Shown piece by piece: positions 53,531 to 64,000 of a DNA stretch of 64,000 bases. The stretch's first letter is position 1; the number at the start of each line of letters is the position of its first letter. The stretch spans positions 119,536,001 to 119,600,000 of the forward strand of contig OZ024740.1 in the NCBI GenBank assembly GCA_964016885.1, read 5' to 3'. Below the pieces are notes generated by a model. That model was not told where the DNA came from. It did not search any database and saw only the letters and a list, made by a program, of their open reading frames with translations. The DNA comes from Eledone cirrhosa. Taxonomy: Eukaryota. The translations under genes were made by a program, and so were the position numbers.

Positions 53531-55818
53531 TTACATATAATAATATATGTAATTTTATTATGTATTTTTACCTTTTAGTTACTATATTTCTAATGAAAGT
53601 TTTCATTAAGCTGATATTTGAAACATAACTTCATGAATACATAACTTACATAAAATTATGATGGAAGGTTTTCAGATAAATATAAACACTTATTAATAAT
53701 CAGTAATAAATGGCAAACACGGGAACGGATTCAAGCAATTTTCTATGCATTTATGAAGCATCTGAGATCCCATTATTCAATTTGTTCTTTCATTTCTTAT
53801 GCTGGTAGAGTGTGATTTGATGGAAATGATGTCTTTCTTTTAGCTGGTCTACAGACTGCATACAGGTTCCCTCATTTACTTATAAATGGTTTCTTTATAT
53901 GTGTGGTGGTTAGGATGGAGAGCAATAGATGTCTTGCCCTGTTACAATTCCTTAGTGATGCTTTTAGAGAGAAAAGATATTAGCTGGTAAAACCCACAAT
54001 GAGTTTTTTAATGGTATTTGTAATATCATATACACTTGAATACAAGCCAATGTAAATATAAGCAAGAATGGGAAGAGTGAGAGAGTGAGAACTATAAAAC
54101 ACAAGTCAGAAGTAAGATTCCAATCCTATGTAAGATTGAAAGAAAAGGTTGTATCAGAAAAACATGTATGTGTGTGTGCATGTATGCATGCATGTATGGG
54201 ATATTAAAAAGTTCAAATTACAAACTTTTATTGTAAATATTTTCAAAGTAATGCATAAATAACACCAAAATACAATGTAATAAAAGTAGAAAAACAGTAT
54301 TTTATTGTAAAATAATCACTCCAGATATCTTAGCACCTTATATCCATTGAATTTGAATTTGGTGAAAATCAGCAAAATATTTATCCCAATCACAAACCAA
54401 CTCCATTTTACCATCGATTTCTTTTTGTCACACTTCTCAGCTTATGTAAGAATGTATATGGTAATTCAAAAGAAAGTCATTTATATGAGGCATGCTGTTT
54501 CATTGCCAAATTTTATTTAGGGAGAATTTTCCATATGAAACTTTTGTTCAATAGTCTCTACAACATGAGGATTAAGCAAGTGATGTTTGTCATTGTTCAG
54601 CTATAAGTCAGCCATTGTCAAGTTGTTCTATATTCAAATGCATTCCAGCTGTGACCTTCACGTTTTGTTCACAATTTGTTAACATTTTCTAAATGTTTCG
54701 AAAAAGGTGAAATATATATCCATGTATCTACTCTGGGGGAATAGAAATGTTTTGTAAACATTTTATGAAATATTTTGTAAATGTTTTTATATTCACAGTA
54801 GCTAAAAGGTTCAGTGTTTACAATTGCAGTATTTTAGTATGCTATTATTGCACTGAGTGTCTCTTCTTTTTCTAAATGTTTTCATATGGAGGGATGCTAC
54901 TTATTTTGAGATTCTTGGTTTGGGTTAAATATTGTTTCTATTATAATTTCATTTGCATTTAAGATTCATTTTAGAAGTATAAAATCTCGACCATTATATT
55001 TTATCTACCTCTGAAAGATCAAGGTAATGGTCTTCCCAGAAAGATTTGTGTGACATATTTTCTGACACTTTTGAAAAACTAATTTCTTCTCACAGTGCTC
55101 TGATGGAAGATTTACTTCAATGTACCTCCTTTATTCTTCGTTTTGGCATTGAGTGTGCCAAGTGTATCTACACTGAAACATGCATTTTCTGTGTTGGAAA
55201 ATTACACAAGAGATGAAGATATTCAATCTTTTCTGGTTGTAGAAGTGTTACACAACCACCATAGTTTGAAATACTTTCATAAGTTTAAGTTTTCATGAAT
55301 AAAGAGATATACAAAGAGACAGACAAACTTAAAGACACAGAAATACTTTATATGAATTTCGTTGATATTATATTCGACAATAATAGTTTATATTAATGGA
55401 TCTGTCATTCAAAAGTATTATATACAATTCATTAAGAAAGAAGAAACAATCAACAATATAAACCAACGTACTGAAAGATACAAATGAAGATTGATGTACT
55501 AAAATTAATCAAACAAAAAGATAATATTATTCAATTTAGCTACCCTGTAGAATGTCCCATGTATTAAAGAATATATCCTCATCATCCTCCTCATGGAGTT
55601 TTCCATGCTGGAATGGGTTGAACCAGATAGTCTTTCAGGCAGTAGTCTATATATTTCTAATGTCTAACTGTGAAGAGGTAAATTGGATGTAAAACCAGAA
55701 AACTTACTTAGCCTCCTGATTCAATTTCCCACCATAATTTTGGAAAATTCGAAAATTGTTATTAATTACATAGAAACATATTTTCTAATTTAATTTTATA
55801 GATCTATAAAAGCTATAT

Positions 55819-55941
<123 letters not shown>

Positions 55942-56199
55942 AATATATATATTGTTGTTGTTCTTTCTGTTGTATTGAGCCACTGTTCTAAATTTTTCTT
56001 TATTCAATATAAAATGGTTATTTGTGCAGTTTAATCTGATATAACAATTTTAGACTAACTACCTAAAATTTGCACTAAATGGCTAGTAACAGCTTCTGTT
56101 ACTAGGTACCATAATTGCCAGTAAAGGTGGGGCTCTGAAAATATTGTAGCTAGAAAAAGAAGAAGTGGAAAATATTTAGGGATCTATTACTTCTGCTAG

Positions 56200-56620
56200 C
56201 AACAAAAGTTTATTTTTCCATCACAAAGTAGATTGTATAATGCATGTGAACATAATGCAGTACAGTATGGTAGTGAGACATGGGCATTGAATGCAGAGGA
56301 TGCACGATGGCTGGAAAATGATGAAACAAACATGTTTAGCTGGTTGTGTAATGTTAGAATGCAGGAATGATGAAGCATAGATGAACTGAGAGAAGAACTG
56401 AGTACAAGAGAAATTGGATGTTGAGTGAAAGAGAAAAAGATTGTGCTGGACTTGACATGTGATGCAGATGCATTATAATATTTGGGTGCCGGAAAGACAT
56501 AGAGAGAAGTGATGAAAACATATTTCAGGATCCTGGATATCACAAAGAATATATGATAAAGGAATGTAACAAGTGGCTCTAAAAGCAATAAAAAACGAAC
56601 ATAAAATGATGATTATGATA
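56200..56620 (+). mobile_element. Old RTE 3' remnant related to 5797-7013
   Basis: RLYNACEHNAVQYGSETWALNAEDARWLE; gat-like tail. Similar remnants at 17700-17980(+) and 45000-45360(-). Confidence 0.75.
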
Positions 56621-57640
56621 ATGGATATGTAATCAGAACAGAACTTGGAAAGATCGATCGCAGTGCTTAAGTTCAGTTTCCTTTCAATTGAACCGCTATG
56701 TAAAATTTGAAATCTTAAAGAATTGGTTTGCTCAATCAATTTGAATAATGTAAGTAAAATATTTCCAAATAAGAATTAATGTCATGTGAAACCTCACAGT
56801 GAGATACATTTCTGAACAAATTGAAGGAAGCAAAAATATTTCATGCCTTGTAAAAATTACTGTAATTTCATGTTTTCTTCCTCTTTCGTTTATTTTTAAT
56901 ATATATATTTCTTCACACCTCAAAATAGAAGAAATATTTTTCCCAGACAAAATAGATGCTACTTATTGTAAAAGTAATGTAATATTTTTAAAGTGAGGTT
57001 AAAGTTTATTAGATGTTCATGAGTTTTAATCTAGGATTATTTTCGCAGATTTGGAAGACGAGAAATGTTTAAGTTTCAACATGACTTTATGATACAATTT
57101 ATATATGAAATATAAAGGTTATCAGTTAGATTTATGAAAAAGAGAATAGGGTTAGTGAAAATAAAGTAAATTATCTTTCATCTTCTATTTTAACGTATAT
57201 TAAAAAGATTGTAGAAAGGCAGTTTTATAAATTTCAAGTAAGTTGTTAAGTCAAGCCAATATTATATATATATATATAATATATATAATTTCATATGTAT
57301 TTAGGTGTATGTGCAAATACATTTATATATGTAACTCTCATTTGCCTTCTCTCTCTCTATCTATCTATCGATATATATATATATATGACAAAAAGTTATA
57401 ATTTTACATGGGTGAATACAATAAAAGTAATCTGAGTTTTTTTTTATATTAATGCTAATATTCGATTCGTTTGCAATTATGCAAACAAACCTCTTTTAAG
57501 CCATGTCAGTAGAATGAGCCTCTCATTCTTGCTCTTGTGTTAGAATGTAAACAGAACTGCAGACACTAATGTTTTTGGGTGATTACCCTTCACCAGTGCA
57601 GTTCACTGTTCACCTGCCATATATATATATATATATATAT

Positions 57641-57845
57641 CATCATCATCATCATCATCATCACCACATTACGTCAATTCTTCCACGCTAGCATGGCTTA
57701 GACGGATTGTCCTGTTGTGGGCGGTGTCCAGTTGGCTGACTTTGTCTTGCTCAAGGAAACAACACATCACCAGGTCCAAGAATTGAACTCACAACCTTTT
57801 AATTGCAAGCCCAATGCTCTAACAACTAATCTTTGTGCCTTCACC
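57641..57845 (-). mobile_element. Chimera: SINE family B head joined to an RTE 3' tail
   Basis: 57742-57845 matches the tRNA/CORE head of 53427-53530; 57641-57741 matches RTE 3' end 6915-7013 including (GAT)n. Confidence 0.8.
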
Positions 57846-57907
57846 ATATATATATATATATATAAATATGTATGCATGTATGTATGTATGTATGTATGTA
57901 TGTATGT

Positions 57908-59090
57908 TTTCTCTTTCTCTTAATTTCGAGTATATTTTTTTTGACCGGCCACCTTCCTGGTGGCAAGGTTGTAAAAGAAAAGAAATTGTCATCCCTTGAA
58001 TCGCAAGAATGTTTTGCATATTTTGAAGGTGCCAGCTATCGCAGCCATTTGTAGACTATGAATTAGGGAGCTGCGCTTTTTGTCCGCAAATCCAAGTTCG
58101 GTCATACTTTGGTCCAAGCGGGTTGGTATATAACCTGTAGCACCAATAATGATGGGTATGAAGCTAAAGGTGTATCTTGGATACTGGATTTGTAAGCTCC
58201 TCATCAATGGTCCGTAGATGTCCTCCTTCTCCTGTATTTTTCTGACAACGTTTACATCAAGTGGGCAGCTGATCTCCACAACAGAACACGTTTTCAATGT
58301 GTGGTCCCAAACTACAATATCAGGCCGGTTGTGCTTTAATTTGGTGGCAGTTTATATTTTCAGGTTCCACCAGTATTCCTTAGTGCCATCTGTCTCAATA
58401 TATTCTTCCTCGTTTGTTGTTAATTTTGTTTTCCGAAGTGCGTTCCAGATAGTTCTAGCTATCCCATCGTGTCTCATGGGGAGGTAGTAGCGAGATGACA
58501 TTCTTTCGCAGCTGGCAACAATGTGGCTTACATCCTCGATCTTTGTTTTACATAGCCTACATTTATTGTCAGCTGCTGGCCCTCCTCTTTTGTGCAGCAG
58601 ATATTTGGTAGGGAGTTCTTGTTCCTGTATTGCATAGAGATATCCCTCAAGGTGTGATGTCATAAACTTGTCGGAACTCCATGCCAGGCTTTTTGAGTGG
58701 TTTATCCCCTCTATGGTCTGTGTTTTACGCCTCAAGTATCCATGCACAACTTTCTCTGTAAATTGGTCAATTTTTTTTTCTTGTTTGAACATTGAATAGG
58801 ATCTTCCGATTTCTCTGGGTGAGAGATTTATATCAGGCTTTATTCCATATCTCTCCTCCAGATCAGTCGCTATTCTAATGATATTTCTTTTTTCATGCTC
58901 ATAAACCTGAGCAAGATGGTCGCCAACCTTTTTCCTCTGTTGAAGGTGTTGCTTCAGTGTTACTATCCGGGTCTCATATGTTGTTAATATTGATTTTAGA
59001 CCCCGGCCACCTTCCTTGCGTGAGAAGTATAGCCTATCCACATCACCATTGATGTTAAAGTTCCCAGTAACACTGAGAAGTTTTCGAGTT
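57908..59090 (-). mobile_element. 5'-truncated R4/Dong-like RLE non-LTR retrotransposon
   Basis: [41 protein letters not shown] (CCHC), RHD, HNRPDIVVWD...VEISCP, IPIIIGATG; one in-frame stop at about 58352. Confidence 0.88.
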
Positions 59091-59130
59091 ATGTATGTAT
59101 GTATGTATGTATGTATGTATGTATGTATGT

Positions 59131-59168
<38 letters not shown>

Positions 59169-59179
59169 ATATATATATA

Positions 59180-59242
<63 letters not shown>

Positions 59243-59291
59243 ATGTGTGTGTATATATATATATATATTTATATATTTATATATATATATA

Positions 59292-60528
59292 CACCAGATG
59301 TTTAAAATGTCTTTCCACAGTGAGTATTTTGTCATTCTGCTCCTGCACAACTTTGTTATCTTTAAGCTAACCTCAGCTGTTAGTCTGTCATTGTATACCC
59401 TTCATCATATCGATATGCTAACCATTAAAGAACAAACATTTTAATTGAATACATTTTTCAAGCTTGAAATAAATACACAGATACTGTGAGACAAAAGTTC
59501 AGTGAAACATTTCTAAATACTGTTGCTCCACATCATGACACGGTATAGGATTTGATAAGATAATTTGAGTGACTGACGCACAAAAAAAAAGAAAAGGCTT
59601 ACTGTTCTTTAAGAAAAACTTCGCAATATTTCAGATAAACTACAAAAAAGCCCATCATAGCACAGGAAGCAGAAGTCAGATTAGAAAGTGTACATATGGC
59701 GGTAAACAAGAAATTAAATTTCTTCCTATAAAAAGTACAGGCGATTCAAGAATCAAACCTACCAATCATGCTAAAAGGCTTCAATATTGACATGGTTCCA
59801 TACCTTTCTTGCAGAAAAAGGAATAGAAGTGCTGGATGAGTGTTTTTACACCATTGAGGCTTGATTTCATCTGTCAGGACACATACATTCTCAAAAGACA
59901 AGGTTATGGAGCACTGAGAATCCACACTCGAGGCATGAGCAGCCACTGCATCCTGAAAAAGTTGGAGTATTCATAGGAATTTTGAGAAAATGTACTGTGG
60001 GGCTGATTGTTTTTGAAGACACCATCAGCTCTAAGAGTTATTGCTCAGATATTATCTACTGCTTCTAGGCCAACTTACCGAAAGTGACATTAATAATGCC
60101 TATTTTTAACAAGATGGGGCTACAGTGCACACTTATCATGCAATGATGCTGCTACTCCAAGAGCTCTTAGCTGATCAGATTAATTTGAACGAATTTCGGC
60201 CATGAAAATCACCTGATTTGACACCACCAGACTTCTTTTTCTGGGGAGCAACTAAAGGATCAGTTTACAAGAATCGCCCCAAAACAATTAGCGAACTGAA
60301 AGATGCACTCATAACATTCACACGGTCCATAGCACATACTACTCTACAAGATGTGCTTCAAAACAAAGGTGAACAAGTAACGTTATGTATATATTGAAGG
60401 ACAACACTTTTAACACCTCTTATAAAGTCTTATAAAGAATTTTGCTTTTATTTCACATTTCGTTTTACATTATTTTGTTTAATTTGGAAATAAAATACTC
60501 ACTGTGGAGAGACGTTTTGAACACCCTG
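59292..60528 (+). mobile_element. Tc1/mariner-superfamily DNA transposon, degenerate
   Basis: ~38-bp imperfect TIRs (59292-59330 and 60492-60528) flanked by TA; transposase relics EA*FHLSGHIHSQ, F*QDGATVHT, SPDLTPPDFFFWG, VYKNRPKTISELK. Confidence 0.9.
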
Positions 60529-61076
60529 TATATATATATATGTATGTATGTATATAAGGTGGATTATATGAGTTGATGATACAACAGTATAAGTTATTCA
60601 AATATGTAAATCTCTAATGTAATTTTGTCCACATCAAGACTAGCAAAAGACAGTTTAGTGTTAAATTCAATTTGTAAATTTCCACTCATCGCAGTATTAC
60701 AAAATTCCAGAGCATATGTAAATGAAAAATACCAAGTTTCAATACATTAACACATTATTTAATTGATTTACACATGTTTCATTCAACTACAAACGGAGTA
60801 GCAATTAAATCCTTTGTAGAAAAATCGTCAGAATCACTAGATAATATAAAAAAAGATATACTTTAGTATTTTAAGAAAACCATTTTCCCCCAAGGATATA
60901 AATACTATAGTATAATAAACAAAAATAATGTTAAATTTTCTGTCTTCACCACACATAATTTAGCAGAATATATAGTTATGAATAGTAATAAACAAATGAA
61001 TAAAACTAGAGCAAAAACCTCCCACACTAAACCAGCCCAATGAGAAAAGTAATTCTGGTAACTATAATTTAGACAA

Positions 61077-61378
61077 TAATTGTTTCTACTTTTTGGAACA
61101 AGGCCAACAATTATCCCAGTACATTACTGGTGCTTTATTTTATCGATCCCGTAAGGATGAAAGGCAAAGTTAACCTCGGCGGGAATTGAACTCAGATCGT
61201 AAAGGGACGTAACTATGCTGGAAAGCATAATCCAACCCTCTACCGATACTGCCAATTCAGCGCCCTATAATAATTGTTTCTACTATTGGCACAAGGCCAG
61301 AAAATTACTCAGTACATTACTGGTACTTTATTTTATCGACCCCGTAAGGATGAAAGGCAAAGTTAACCTCGGCGGGAT
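61077..61378 (-). mobile_element. Two tandem SINE family A copies (one full, one 5'-truncated)
   Basis: 61077-61266 and 61272-61378 match the reverse complement of 2967-3148. Confidence 0.88.
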
Positions 61379-63164
61379 GAATGTAAGAATGGAGTTAAAA
61401 ATCTGCTAAATAATTTTAACTGTAGGATCCTTGATGCATGCTCCCTTTAATTGAATGTATATGCACATTGAATCTTGTTTTACACCTGTTTAACCTCAAA
61501 TGTATACTCTATATTACTTCTAAGGTCAGTGATAAGATCTGAACGTTTTACTTTGAGAGTTCCCCACACTCTAAGGAAGAGATTTTTAAGTCTTGAAATA
61601 TTAGGACGAAAACAAACAAAAAAAAGATAATAATAATGAATAATACCAGATGATATAAACATTTTCATTGCCTTCATTTAAACTAAATTTTACTGTCCAT
61701 TTTGAATCATCCTAGGCTTCTTGAACATATCATTTTCTGCATAATATATATATATATATATATTGTAGATTACATCAGCTGTGCAGAAAATGGTGACATT
61801 GGATCTGTCCATATTCAATCCTCTCTGTCATTCTTTATAACTCTTCCTCTTCCCCTGTTATATGCTGAATGAATGTATTCAGCACCATCTGGACACTTTT
61901 TTCTTCCAAATTTCGTGACTTCCCACAGAAACAAAATAAAGTCAGATCCTTTTTCAACAAACCTTGTCTTTTCTCTTTTATCACTCTCTGCAATGACTTT
62001 CTTTTCTATTTGCCTGTTTGGTTACATTTGCTATGAATGATCAAAGATAATGTTGAGTAGAGAAGACAACCTAAATTGTCAAGATATCTCTCTGATGCTG
62101 ATGCCAAGATGAAATACACCTAGCACATTCTGTAAAATGGTTAGTGAACAAATGGGGACAACATAGCCATACTGAGGACTTGACAACCTCTCTAGTCCTG
62201 CTACAACAATAACATGAATCCAGCTCACTGTTTAAAACGGTTGGCATTAGGAAAGGCATCAAGCCAAAGAATCGATGCAAGAAAGGTCATGAGAGGCTGA
62301 TAACATAAGAAAAATTCAAACTATATCAACACATCCCATCCCTATTAGCTGGGAAATTAGATGTGAAATTTCAATGAGAATGATGATGACATCCACTTCT
62401 AATGTATTCCACAATGCCCAATATATAATCTGTTACCTAACTTAAACAATAAAACTGTTACAGAAACAGGAAGTAAAGATATAGCAATTTGTCTTACGTC
62501 GTTATATTTTTAGTTACTTGAAATTATATAGAATTCATATAGTGTTAATTATATTTATGAGGTAAAAACAAAGGACATTTTGTATAAGAACTTCTTAAAG
62601 AGTCAATGTTATCAAATACAATGCCATAGATTGCTTAGAAACCACTGAAAATAAAATATAATAATATCACAGAGCGTTAAACAATCTAATATAATATTGG
62701 AATATGAAGAATTAGAATGTAAAAAAATATCGTAATGTTTATAATAAAAGGAGATGCTGGGCAGAAATTAGAGAAAAATAAAATATTTTCTATTATATAA
62801 AACATCTGATGACATTACCGCTTCCTTTGACTCATAATATTCTTTATCTGTTTTTTTACACTTATTTTGCCTCCTGTTGGCTTTCCCTATTTAATTTTTT
62901 TTATTTATTCTATTATATTTTATTTTACTTTACTTTTTTTTATTTCCATTTTTATTTCTTTATTCTTTTATGTGTATATCTTGTATTTTTGTTTTGTTTC
63001 TCAACTGTAAGAAATACTAGATGCTTTACCTAGTCTATCATGGCTTACTAGGTCTATACGGACATTTAAATTGATTAATAGATAATTACACAATATCTCA
63101 TTTAATAAAATCTTTAGTCCCATATATATATACATGTATGGGACTAAAGATTATACATGCACAT

Positions 63165-63353
<189 letters not shown>

Positions 63354-63679
63354 CATCATCACAATCACTGTTTAATTTCTATTTTCCATACCTGCAAGAG
63401 TTAGAAAGGTTGTCACCTTATGTGACATTTCATGGGTAAGTTTTTCTGGCTTAGTTTCTTTGCCCCCACCAGCTTCCACCATCCTATCATAATTGCCCCT
63501 TCTCTGTTATTATTACTGCCTTTCTCCACCCCAAATCTTCATTATATATATTGTACTGGGTAATTGCTGGCCTTGTGCAAAAAGTAGAAACAATTATACA
63601 TATATATTGTTTCTACCATTGAAACATTAGTTCTTGTCTGATGACCATGTAATAAAAAGACCTCACTTTTTAGCCTTAA

Positions 63680-63860
63680 TAATTGTTTCCGCTTATGGCA
63701 CAAGGCCAGCATTTACCCCAGTGCATTAGTGTTACTTTATATTATCGACCCCGTAAGGATGAAAGGTAAAGTTAACCTCAGCGGATTTGAACTCAGACTG
63801 TAAAGGGACATAGCTATGCTGGAAAGCATGGCGTCCGCTCCTCTACTGATACTGCCAAAC
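63680..63860 (-). mobile_element. SINE family A copy
   Basis: Reverse-complement match to 2967-3148; a + strand tail fragment lies at 63552-63597. Confidence 0.88.
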
Positions 63861-64000
63861 CTTAATAATATTGAATATATATATGATGAAATACCAATGA
63901 TGGTTGGAAGATCACTGATGAATGACTAACTTTATTCATATGTAACCCATTTGCAACCACGCAGCACGTTTGTTCTCATATTCACACATATATTTTCCCC

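Noticed and set aside
59091-59444. YI/HT/CV-rich ORFs, including the N-terminus of ORF 58352..59350
   Set aside because: Translations of microsatellites; the same applies near 3852, 52248, 55813 and 63098.

Overview
AT-rich, microsatellite-laden eukaryotic (animal) DNA with no convincing host protein-coding gene; it looks intergenic or intronic. The SINE/LINE repertoire suggests an octopod cephalopod (inference, not verified). Recognisable content is almost all mobile DNA: three Penelope-like elements (PLEs), many RTE-clade LINE fragments, CR1, R4/Dong-like and CRE-like RLE retrotransposon relics, a Tc1/mariner relic, and two tRNA-derived SINE families. The most striking signal is a cluster of about eight type I hammerhead ribozyme motifs from at least six unrelated small non-coding elements within 1.8-5.7 kb. 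They sit in partial-tandem and inverted arrangements between (TA)n tracts next to a nearly intact PLE ORF, consistent with PLE pseudo-LTRs or retrozyme-like elements. All calls come from manual reading and translation; no searches or folding programs were run and boundaries are approximate.
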